Shown in pieces: positions 26,244 through 34,087 of a stretch of 34,087 nucleotides of DNA. Position 1 is the stretch's first letter; each line of letters starts with the position of its first letter. Made by a program: the position numbers and the translations under genes. The DNA is from Thermoplasmatota archaeon (GTDB lineage: Archaea > Thermoplasmatota > Poseidoniia > Poseidoniales > Poseidoniaceae), in the NCBI GenBank assembly GCA_030830875.1, contig JAURMD010000161.1, positions 1 through 34,087 of the forward strand, given 5' to 3'. The notes beneath the pieces were generated by a model. It did no database searches. It was not told where the DNA came from and worked only from the letters and a program-made list of their open reading frames with translations.

Positions 26244-26540
26244 GTTCCTCCTTTCCTCGTGCATGTTCTGCGTTGCCTTCGGCCGTAGCCGTTGGAATGC
26301 AGATCAATCGAGGTCAGGCGGGTGCGTCACGATACATTATAGGCGCCCAAAGGATATCAACATGTCGCTTTCTTGTCGGGACATGATGGAAGAGGGGCAG
26401 GCAAGCCCTGCTGCTCTGCAACCTGCACCTTCCAATGCAGAAGGTGAGTTGGTGGGGAAAGGGGGAGATCGCTCCAGGTAGGCTTTCCTCGACCTATGTA
26501 ATCGATCTGACCCTATTTGAAGGGACTGGTCACACCCAGG

Positions 26541-27449
26541 TCAATCTTTGTCCGGCGACAGGGCTGCCAACGCCGCTGAGCGAGCCTCAACAGGGTTGAC
26601 TGGAAGGGCAGGGAGGGGTGGAAGGTCGCCGAGAGGAGGAAGGGGCAGCGGAGGTAGCGCTGCTTCCTCTTCTTCAGCGGCCTGGAACCCTTCATCGAGC
26701 GGGACACGCAACTTCAACACAACGTCATCGTCGAGGCGGAGGAACGCGGCTCCATAGGTCCGTCCTGGTTCAGGTGATTCAGGATGCTCGAGGATGTGCT
26801 GCCCATGGTTCGGTTGGCGAAGCAGGGCAACGAGGTCTTCTCGTTCCTCCGCCTCTTCCCACATGCGGGTGGTTGCTGCTCTGATTTCCGCCATACGGCC
26901 GCGACGACGCGCTTCGATCCGTTCCCTGACCTGTGCATGGAGTTCGCGACGCTGTTCAACGGTCACGGCGATGTCGGCGTCTTCCACCGAGTCCGCGGAC
27001 ACTTCGACCACGAATTCTTCAGCGACGTGAATGTCCTCCACTTCGACCTCAATGAGGGGACCATGCACGGCCGCCTCCACAACAGCCAACTCGGCCATGG
27101 CTTCAGCCTGTGCCGCACGTGCCGCCTCGACCTTCGCTCGCTTTCGCTCAGCGAGCGTCATCGGTGAGGTTTCGACCACAGGGGGGGGCAGGTCGAGCGC
27201 GGGCTGCTCCGTCGCAGCGACGCGTTCCTCAATCGAGCGTTCAACGGGCGCCATGGTGGTCGCAACAGAGGCTCGGCCAACAGGTGCAGGAGCCATGTCG
27301 CCGCCGGTACGGACCCAAACGATGGCCAGAAGGCCGAGGGTTGCAACGGCCCCCCATTGCATGCCTTCGGTCAATTCTGCAGCCAACTGAAGGTAGGCAG
27401 CGAGCACGCCGAGGAAGGCGAGGCCAACCAATAAGCGGAAGGTGCCCAT
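26541..27449 (-). CDS. Hypothetical membrane protein with coiled-coil and Pro-rich tail
   Basis: Two N-terminal TM helices, Glu/Arg/Ala-rich helices, C-terminal LPPLPLPPLGDLPPLPALP. GGGGTGA RBS before ATG 27449. Confidence 0.75.
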   Translation of the reverse strand: MGTFRLLVGLAFLGVLAAYLQLAAELTEGMQWGAVATLGLLAIVWVRTGGDMAPAPVGRASVATTMAPVERSIEERVAATEQPALDLPPPVVETSPMTLAERKRAKVEAARAAQAEAMAELAVVEAAVHGPLIEVEVEDIHVAEEFVVEVSADSVEDADIAVTVEQRRELHAQVRERIEARRRGRMAEIRAATTRMWEEAEEREDLVALLRQPNHGQHILEHPESPEPGRTYGAAFLRLDDDVVLKLRVPLDEGFQAAEEEEAALPPLPLPPLGDLPPLPALPVNPVEARSAALAALSPDKD

Positions 27450-27500
27450 GGTGCTCACCCCCTGCTCGCGCCCGTTGCTTATCACCGTGATGCTGGGCGG

Positions 27501-28151
27501 TCACCGCTCGGAGGGCACCTGAGCAAAGAGGTCCTTGAGGGCTCGGGCGCGGTGGCTGAAGACGTCCTTCGTTGCGGGTTCCACCGCTGCAAAGGTGCGT
27601 CCATGGGTCGAGATTTCGCCGTTTTCTCCTGCTTCAACGGGCTGTCCCGCAAGGTCGAGGTCACGTGGGATGAAGATAGGGTCGAATCCGAAGCCCCCTT
27701 CTCCGTCCTGTGTCGCGGCAATGCGGCCTGGGCAGCGACCGTGCCCAACGAGCACTCCCTCCGGGGTGCGTAAGCACGCCACGGCCCTGAATTCTGCTTC
27801 ACGAAGACCTGCCTCTACTCGCAGGTCCTTGCTTTGGAGGTGAGACAGCAGGCGCAGCAGACCTGCGCATCCGATGGTGTTCAGCGCATGGGCGGAGTAC
27901 ACACCCGGAAACCCGTCGAGGGATCGAACGAACAGGCCAGCGTCCTCGACGAGGATCCACGCATCCTTCGAAGGGAGGTGCGTTTTTGCTTGTTCGATTT
28001 TTGACCTTGCGACGGCTTCAAGGTCGTCGCTTTGCGGTTCAACGATGCCCTCGACGTGGAGCTGAAGCACGTCGTGCCCAAGGGGTTCAAGGTGAAGCGC
28101 GGCCTCACGCACTTTTCCCTGATTGGACGTGAGGAAATGGATGCGTGCCAT
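27501..28151 (-). CDS. rdgB: Non-canonical purine NTP pyrophosphatase (RdgB/HAM1)
   Basis: TSNQGK, EDAGL, GFPGVYS, GFGFDPIF, SHRARAL. Confidence 0.93.
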   Translation of the reverse strand: MARIHFLTSNQGKVREAALHLEPLGHDVLQLHVEGIVEPQSDDLEAVARSKIEQAKTHLPSKDAWILVEDAGLFVRSLDGFPGVYSAHALNTIGCAGLLRLLSHLQSKDLRVEAGLREAEFRAVACLRTPEGVLVGHGRCPGRIAATQDGEGGFGFDPIFIPRDLDLAGQPVEAGENGEISTHGRTFAAVEPATKDVFSHRARALKDLFAQVPSER

Positions 28152-28220
28152 GGACCGCGATGCGGGTCCTATGCTTCAAGCCGGCGGCAACGTTTCATGC
28201 CGTCACGCCCGCGGAATTGC

Positions 28221-28592
28221 ATGGTCGCCAACGTGCTGCTTGTGGCCCTCGGCGGTGCCGTCGGCGCTGTCCTTCGATGGAGTATCGCCCCTTCGGCCGA
28301 TGCGACGGGCCTCCCGTACGGCACCTTGACGGTCAACCTCCTCGGCTCGTTGCTGCTTGGTGCGACGGCCGTGTTGCTTGCTGAATCCGTGATGAGCAAG
28401 GAACAGGCCCTGATGCTCGGAACAGGTCTGCTTGGTGCGTTCACAACAATGTCGACCTTTGCGCTTGAACTGGTTCGGTTGAGCGATGAAGGCTCGTTGT
28501 CCCTTGCTGTCGTGTACTTCCTTCTCACGACGCTTGGCTGCCCCGCGCTGGCTTGGCTCGGATGGAGCGCGACGTCCAATGCGTTGGCGTGA
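28221..28592 (+). CDS. crcB: Fluoride channel Fluc/CrcB
   Basis: GGAVGAVLRW, PYGTLTVNLLGS, GLLGAFTTMSTF; 4 TM. Confidence 0.92.
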   Translation: MVANVLLVALGGAVGAVLRWSIAPSADATGLPYGTLTVNLLGSLLLGATAVLLAESVMSKEQALMLGTGLLGAFTTMSTFALELVRLSDEGSLSLAVVYFLLTTLGCPALAWLGWSATSNALA

Positions 28593-29708
28593 TCATCTCG
28601 GAGAGCGGATTTCGACCGCATCAACGGCCTCGATGGCGGCCACCGCCGTTCGACCTAGGTGCACCGTGGTGTCCGGGATGGCCGCAGCGCAGCACATCAC
28701 GGCCGTGACGCCAACACCGAGGAGGTGGAGGGTGACGTCGAGCAATGGGGCGTCGTCCGTCGCCTCAGCCCACACCGTCCGAATCTCCTGTTCCAAACGG
28801 AAACTGTCGGGCAAGTGGACGGGCGCATCATCGTCGTCTTCGGGGTCGATGTGGATGGTGATGTCTTCCATCCGTGGCACGGCTTTCAGGACCCGATGCA
28901 TGGCACGATGCGCGATTTCGTGACCTTGAGTCACGGAGATGTGGGGGTGAACCTGCACGTGGGCTTCGGCGAAAATCAGACCGCCAACCGTTTTTGTCTT
29001 CAGCACGTGGACGTCCTCAACCCCACCCGTTGCGAGGATGGTGTCCAGCATCCTCGCGTGGGTGGATTCGTCCACGGCGGCTTCGGAGAGTTCGAGGAGC
29101 GCTTCGGCAAGTATGCCCCAACCGCCGTGTAGGAAGAGCAGTCCGACCACCAATGCAGCGAGGAGGTCCCCGCTGGAGATGCCGGCCATCGCCGCACCAA
29201 GACCGAAGAGCACGGCAACGCTGGAGAGCGAGTCGGTTCGGTGGTGCACTGCGTTCGCTTTGAGGATGGGACGCGCATGTCGGTCAGCGATCCGGACCGT
29301 GATGTGGTACAGCGCCTCTTTCGTCACAATCGCAAACACGGCGATGCCGATGGCGGGGCTGTCTGGTGTGAGCCATTCTTGAGATTGGAGGCGCCTCGCG
29401 GTCTCAAGGATGAGCCCAACACCGGTCGCGATGACGAGCAGGCCAACGGCGAGGGAGGCGATGGTCTCGAATCGCCGGTGCCCGTACGGGTGGTTTTCGT
29501 CTGCCTCAGCGGAGCCGAACTTTACCGCGACGTAGACGACGACGTCTGAAATGAGGTCGGTAAGGGAATGCAGGGCGTCCGCAAGCAGGGCGATGCTTCC
29601 GTAAAGGAGGCCACCTGAGGCCTTGACAGCGATCAGCACGAGGTTGACCAGGCCACCGAGAAGGGTGACCCGCCGCGCGGCGAGGTCGCCTGCGTCCAGG
29701 TCTGCCAT
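28593..29708 (-). CDS. Cation diffusion facilitator family transporter (FieF-like)
   Basis: SIALLADALHSLTD, HPYGH.RFE, NAVHHRTD, C-terminal GHEIA...IHIDP dimerisation domain. Confidence 0.92.
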   Translation of the reverse strand: MADLDAGDLAARRVTLLGGLVNLVLIAVKASGGLLYGSIALLADALHSLTDLISDVVVYVAVKFGSAEADENHPYGHRRFETIASLAVGLLVIATGVGLILETARRLQSQEWLTPDSPAIGIAVFAIVTKEALYHITVRIADRHARPILKANAVHHRTDSLSSVAVLFGLGAAMAGISSGDLLAALVVGLLFLHGGWGILAEALLELSEAAVDESTHARMLDTILATGGVEDVHVLKTKTVGGLIFAEAHVQVHPHISVTQGHEIAHRAMHRVLKAVPRMEDITIHIDPEDDDDAPVHLPDSFRLEQEIRTVWAEATDDAPLLDVTLHLLGVGVTAVMCCAAAIPDTTVHLGRTAVAAIEAVDAVEIRSPR

Positions 29709-29757
29709 GCCGGGACTTTGGGGGCCACCCCAATAAGCGCACGGCAAGCGCGAGCCG

Positions 29758-30912
29758 TCATGCGGTGATGCTCAACATCCGCTCAAGGGCCACCAATGCC
29801 CCTTGCTGCACGTCCGCAGGAACGGCCACTTGGTTGGGCATCTCCCCCGCTTCCAAACGTTCCAGAACGTCGAGCAAGAACGCAGGGTGGATCATGTACA
29901 TCGTCGAACAGGGACACACCTCGGCATCAAGGCACTCAATGTGTTTGTCAGGATGTTCCTTGGCCATGCGAGCCACCATGTTGATTTCCGTGCCGACTGC
30001 GATGGCGGATCCGGCAGGCTGGGCTTCGATGAACCGCTTGATGTGTTCCGTGGACCCGTCATCATCGGCCGCCTCCACCGTCGCGCGTGGGCATTCAGGA
30101 TGCACCACCACCACACCGGTGGGATACCGCTCCCGAAAGGCGTCGATCTGGGGGACCGTAAACCGCTCGTGCACGCTGCAGTAGCCGTGCCAGAGCACGA
30201 TTCGGGCCTCATCCATGCTGGAATTAGCCCCCTCGTCTGGCGTCCACACCGGCATGACGGCTTCCTCAAGTCCGAGTTTCAATCCTGTGTTGCGGCCAAG
30301 GTGCTGGTCCGGAAAGAACAACACTGCCCCGTTCAGACCGGCTCGTTCGAAGGCCCACTCAAGAACGCCTTTGGCGTTGGACGACGTGCACACGACGCCT
30401 CCGTGCCGTCCGACAAAATCCTTCAATGCAGCACTGCTGTTCATGTAGGTCACAGGGACGAGGTAGGCTGCTCCTTCCTCGGCTGGTGCTCCGGGGTCGG
30501 TCCGCGTGGCCGGGTCCTTCCAGCCCCCCTCCGCAAGCATCGTCGGCCAATCCCGCTCCACTTCGGCCAGGGTCGCCATATCGGCCATCGAGCAGCCAGC
30601 GCGTAGCGTTGGCATCAACACGGCCTGGTCCTCCCTGGTCAGGATGTCGGCTGATTCGGCCATGAAGTGGACCCCACAAAACACGATCACGGTGGCGTCG
30701 GAGTCGGCTGCCTTTCGGCTGAGCATGAACGAGTCCCCGACGTAATCGGCGTGTTCGACGATGCCGTCACGCTGGTAGTGATGGCCGAGGATCAGCACGC
30801 GATTTCCCAAGCGTTTGCGCACGGCGCGGATGGCGTCCGCAATCTCCTGCTCCTCCACAGATTTGGTGGTGTCCATGTAGTCAACCACGCACATGGGCAG
30901 GTTGGTCGCCAT
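29758..30912 (-). CDS. nadA: Quinolinate synthase
   Basis: LGHHYQ, GDSF, FCGVHFMAE, GCSMADM, YMNSSA, PDQHLG, CSVH, HPEC, GSTE, CSTMY. Confidence 0.95.
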   Translation of the reverse strand: MATNLPMCVVDYMDTTKSVEEQEIADAIRAVRKRLGNRVLILGHHYQRDGIVEHADYVGDSFMLSRKAADSDATVIVFCGVHFMAESADILTREDQAVLMPTLRAGCSMADMATLAEVERDWPTMLAEGGWKDPATRTDPGAPAEEGAAYLVPVTYMNSSAALKDFVGRHGGVVCTSSNAKGVLEWAFERAGLNGAVLFFPDQHLGRNTGLKLGLEEAVMPVWTPDEGANSSMDEARIVLWHGYCSVHERFTVPQIDAFRERYPTGVVVVHPECPRATVEAADDDGSTEHIKRFIEAQPAGSAIAVGTEINMVARMAKEHPDKHIECLDAEVCPCSTMYMIHPAFLLDVLERLEAGEMPNQVAVPADVQQGALVALERMLSITA

Positions 30913-30998
30913 GGTCCTCGTTTCGGCCAACCGCCCCCCCCTTTTCAACGGATGGTGCGTGGGCGAGGCTCCATATGTGGGTGCTCGAAATTCCTCTC

Positions 30999-31775
30999 AT
31001 GGGCGATGACCGGCAGCTCCTTGTCGAGGCCAAAGACCTCGGCAAGCGCTACGGTGACTTCATTGCCTTGCATCCCCTTGATGTGCGGGTCCACGAGGGT
31101 GAGTTTTTCGGTGTCTTCGGGCCAAACGGTGCTGGAAAGTCGACCTTCATCAAACTCCTCACCGGGCAACTCCGGCCAAGCATTGGGCACATCGAGGTGC
31201 TTGGCATCGACGCCGTGGCCGACCCTCAGCACCTCAAAGCCAACATTGGAATCGTTCCAGAATCGGAATCTCCGCCTTCGTTCCTGACCCCACCGGAATT
31301 CCTCACCTTCGTGGCCCGGTTGCGGGGACTTGACGAGGTCGAGGCCAAGGTCGAGCACTGGCTAGCGTGGTTCGGGCTCCAAGACAAACGGGACACGATG
31401 TGCAAGGACCTGTCCAAGGGTCAACGTCAGAAGGTGATGCTGGCTTCTGCCTTCATTCATGCACCACGGTTGCTGTTCCTCGACGAACCGTTCGCAAACC
31501 TTGACCCGATTTATCAGAGGAAGTGCCGGGTTTGGTTGCTTGATCACGTTGCGGCCGGGGGCACCATCTTCCTCTGCTCCCACGTGCTCGAGACCGCAGA
31601 GCGTCTGTGCAACAGGATGGCGATCATCAACCAAGGGAAGGTGCTCGCGGCAGGCACGGTTGCGGAGCTTCGAACGCGCGACGATGAAACACTTGAGGAC
31701 GTCTTCATCCGATTGGTTGGGCACTCCATCGAAGAAGCGGAGCGACGCTCCAGCGATGTGAACGAGGAGGAATGA
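30999..31775 (+). CDS. ABC transporter ATP-binding protein (ABC-2 exporter type)
   Basis: GPNGAGKST, LSKGQRQK, LFLDEP, SH switch motif. Confidence 0.93.
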   Translation: MGDDRQLLVEAKDLGKRYGDFIALHPLDVRVHEGEFFGVFGPNGAGKSTFIKLLTGQLRPSIGHIEVLGIDAVADPQHLKANIGIVPESESPPSFLTPPEFLTFVARLRGLDEVEAKVEHWLAWFGLQDKRDTMCKDLSKGQRQKVMLASAFIHAPRLLFLDEPFANLDPIYQRKCRVWLLDHVAAGGTIFLCSHVLETAERLCNRMAIINQGKVLAAGTVAELRTRDDETLEDVFIRLVGHSIEEAERRSSDVNEEE

Positions 31776-33472
31776 AGATGGGCGTTCACATCGCCTCCCG
31801 TGATTGGGACACGGCGATGGCCGAGCCGGCCACTTCCCCCTGTGGAGGCACCCGCGTTGCAGACCTTGTGCTGAACGAACCGATGCGAGGCTGGGCGGCG
31901 TTTCGCACCACGTTTCGCGCGATGTTCCTTGAGGAATGGCGGGAAACGGTCGACTTTGCTCGTGCACGGCAGATTGTCCTCTTCCCACTGTTGTTGACGC
32001 TCATCACGACTGTGACCACCATCGGACTGCAATTTCTCGTCGGCACTGGAGCGGCGCAGGTCAGCGACATCGAGGAACGGACGTTCAGTTGGGACCAGAT
32101 GCGCGTTGCGCTTCACCTGCCCTTGCTGATGTTCTCCATTGGCATGGGCACCTTCGCCTTCAAAGGCCAAGAAGCCATCATGCAGCGAACGGGCTCAAAA
32201 AATCGCCTCCTAGCGGCTCCGGCGTTGCAACCGCTCACCACTGCAGCGGCGCACTTCACGTATTTTGTCAAGGACCTCGTCTATTACGTGCTGCTGATCC
32301 TCACGCCCATCGTCGCAGGGATGTCCTTGGGATTGCTGCTCGATGGACTTGGTGTCGTGGACACCCCGTTGCGCTGGGCGTCCGTGGGTTGGACGTGGGC
32401 GGCCATGGTCACCACCATCGCCGAAGGATTGGCCCTCGCCTTCCTCGCCTCCGTGCTGTGGCTTCGCGGCAGGCCATTCACCCTCATCGGGCCGTTGCTT
32501 GCGATTGCTGTTGGGATCGGTGCCGGGCTCGGCGTGCTCCCGTGGGACGGCTTGCTTGTTGGCCTTGCCGTGCAGCGTAGCCACGACGTTCTTCCGATGG
32601 CGTTTGGGCTGTTGGCCTCAGGTCTGGTCGGAGCCCTTGCCTCTTCGCTTCTTCTGGACGATTTTGAAGTGCGTGTAACGGCCAGGAAGGACTTGCTGAA
32701 CCCCATCCATGCACGTCTTGGATTCCTCGGACGTGGGACGCTGCGGTTGCTGGTCGCCAAGGAATTTGTCGACCTCTACCGCTCTGGGACGATTCAGAAA
32801 ATGACGGTTTCGTATTCCATCCCCCTGTTGGTGCTGTTGGGCATGGCGTGGTTGATCGATTTCGCTGCAGCCCCTATCCCCATCAACCTGCTCTCATACG
32901 CACCCTTCCTCGGCTTCTTTGGGTTCAATTTCTATTCGTGGCTGACCATCCTGGACTCCCCCGATTTCATGAACGGCCTTCCCCTTCGAGTGCCGCAGTT
33001 GCTGCGTGCAAAAGTGGTGGTGTATTTTCTTGCAACCTCGTGGATTTCGCTGATTTTCTTCGTGTTGATGGCGTGGCGCCTTGACGAATGGAGTGCTTTG
33101 CCGACCGGCCTCGCCGTGATGTTCGCGAATTCCATCTACATCGTCGCGCTCACTGCGTTCTTGATGGGTCTGAAGCCCAACAAAGCCATCTTCGACGGTC
33201 GTATCATGTTCTGGTTCTGGTTGGGTACGGTGTTGCCGCTGCTCTGCCTCTTCCTGCTTTCGTTCACGCAAGGAGACGTTGGCTTGTACGGCAACTGGTG
33301 GGAGCGCGTCAGCGAACAGGGGCTGGACGCGACCTCGACGGCGTACGACGTGTCCATGGTGCGCGGTGGCTACCTTGGCATCCTTGGCGTCTCTGGAATG
33401 CTTCTGCTTGGCTCAGCGGTGCTGTGGGCGCTCATCGACGTGCGATGGTCAAAGCGTCCCTTCGAAAACTGA
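31772..33472 (+). CDS. Polytopic membrane protein, probable ABC exporter permease
   Basis: ATGA overlap with the ATPase gene; about 12-14 TM helices in two halves (MFLEEWRE and LVAKEFVDLYR amphipathic starts). Confidence 0.8.
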   Translation: MKMGVHIASRDWDTAMAEPATSPCGGTRVADLVLNEPMRGWAAFRTTFRAMFLEEWRETVDFARARQIVLFPLLLTLITTVTTIGLQFLVGTGAAQVSDIEERTFSWDQMRVALHLPLLMFSIGMGTFAFKGQEAIMQRTGSKNRLLAAPALQPLTTAAAHFTYFVKDLVYYVLLILTPIVAGMSLGLLLDGLGVVDTPLRWASVGWTWAAMVTTIAEGLALAFLASVLWLRGRPFTLIGPLLAIAVGIGAGLGVLPWDGLLVGLAVQRSHDVLPMAFGLLASGLVGALASSLLLDDFEVRVTARKDLLNPIHARLGFLGRGTLRLLVAKEFVDLYRSGTIQKMTVSYSIPLLVLLGMAWLIDFAAAPIPINLLSYAPFLGFFGFNFYSWLTILDSPDFMNGLPLRVPQLLRAKVVVYFLATSWISLIFFVLMAWRLDEWSALPTGLAVMFANSIYIVALTAFLMGLKPNKAIFDGRIMFWFWLGTVLPLLCLFLLSFTQGDVGLYGNWWERVSEQGLDATSTAYDVSMVRGGYLGILGVSGMLLLGSAVLWALIDVRWSKRPFEN

Positions 33473-33510
33473 GCCGGCGCGTTCATGGGCTGCTGCCGCG
33501 AGGCAGGCCC

Positions 33511-34062
33511 ATGCTCGTCCTCGCCGTGTGCGGCTTGCCCGCGTCCGGGAAGGGGGAGTTTGCACAGGTCGCCCGCCGCCTTGGCGTGCCGGTCCGTTCC
33601 ATGGGCGACATGGTTCGAGCCGAGGTCGAAGCCAGGGGCCTCAAGGGTGGGCCTGAGGTGTTTGGCCACGTTGCGGTTGACTTGCGGGCGAAGCACGGCG
33701 ATGAGGTCCTCGCCGTCCGATTGGCCGACGCCATCGACGCAAGCGAACCTGCACCGTTGCTTGTGATCGATGGCATGCGCGGGACGGCGGAACGACGGGT
33801 GTTCAGGGAGCGTTGGGCTGAGGCCTTCAGGGTGGTGGCGATTGAGGCTGACCCGGAGGTCAGGTTTGCCCGAACGCAATCTCGAGGCCGAGCGGAAGAC
33901 GGAAGCCACGAGCAGTTTGAACAGCGGGACATACGAGAGCGCGGCTGGGGCGTGGAGGTGCTGATGTTGGAAGCGGAATTCACGCTCGTCAACCGGGACC
34001 CGTTGTCGGCGTTTCATGCCGATGCAGAGCATCTCCTGCGCCGGTTGCTTCCTGAGGGCTGA
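33511..34062 (+). CDS. Archaeal P-loop nucleotide kinase (UPF0200 / dephospho-CoA kinase-like)
   Basis: GLPASGKG, SMGDMVR, IDGMRG..E, RF.R...RGR.ED, F..RD.RE..WG. Confidence 0.85.
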   Translation: MLVLAVCGLPASGKGEFAQVARRLGVPVRSMGDMVRAEVEARGLKGGPEVFGHVAVDLRAKHGDEVLAVRLADAIDASEPAPLLVIDGMRGTAERRVFRERWAEAFRVVAIEADPEVRFARTQSRGRAEDGSHEQFEQRDIRERGWGVEVLMLEAEFTLVNRDPLSAFHADAEHLLRRLLPEG

Positions 34063-34087
34063 ACGGCGCTCCTGTTCGGGGTGCGTC

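Noticed and set aside
26002-26481. 159-aa plus-strand ORF with hydrophobic stretches
   Set aside because: Mirror of the Lys/Glu/Arg-rich minus-strand ORF, which has the better RBS and codon pattern.
26370-26492. Minus-strand GAGGAAAGCC resembling RNase P RNA conserved region I
   Set aside because: No complementary P4 partner or CR-V (ACAGAA..CGGCU) at a suitable distance; the SRP helix-8 motif is also absent.
28152-28220. Possible fluoride riboswitch upstream of crcB
   Set aside because: Only a short GGACC/GGTCC hairpin; the GGCGAUGG...pseudoknot consensus is absent.
33088-33510. Upstream extension of the kinase ORF (likewise the extensions of mvaS, lat, pepA, arsC, bud32 and crcB in the track)
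   Set aside because: They overlap neighbouring real genes or promoters; family homology begins at downstream starts.
1-34087. CRISPR arrays, transposases, integrases, defence systems, rRNA
   Set aside because: No repeat-spacer periodicity or recognisable motifs found by eye.

Overview
Gene-dense, GC-rich (roughly 60%) archaeal chromosomal segment. Its gene content points to Thermoplasmatota, most likely Marine Group II / Ca. Poseidoniales (inference): group II chaperonin, Alba, Bud32, a DUF6015-like protein, a CCA-less tRNA-Gly with a TATA box, and many bacterial-type metabolic genes. Left to right: a minus-strand run (read as hsp20-dnaK-divergent thermosome-bacterial-type HMG-CoA synthase-tdh-membrane protein); lysine 6-aminotransferase; ppk2; a frameshifted DUF2892 gene missing from the ORF track; leucyl aminopeptidase and an M14 carboxypeptidase; a polyamine operon (agmatinase, SpeD-like, DHS-like); a 1019-aa surface protein; tRNA-Gly(GCC); Alba; ArsC; a cysteine-free Mrp/ApbC ATPase with a 4-Cys DUF971 protein and Bud32; a PAP2/AUR1-like fusion; enoyl-CoA hydratase; an orphan basic ORF with structured flanks; RdgB; Fluc; a CDF transporter; NadA; an ABC exporter; and a nucleotide kinase. 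No CRISPR array, integrase or transposase is visible. The best candidates for undescribed systems are (1) the split, HCF101-like Cys-less Mrp + 4-Cys DUF971 pair, (2) a possible arginine-to-homospermidine operon, and (3) a chaperone operon with a degenerate thermosome and an HSR1/Phr-like operator. All family assignments come from motif recognition by eye; no database searches were run.
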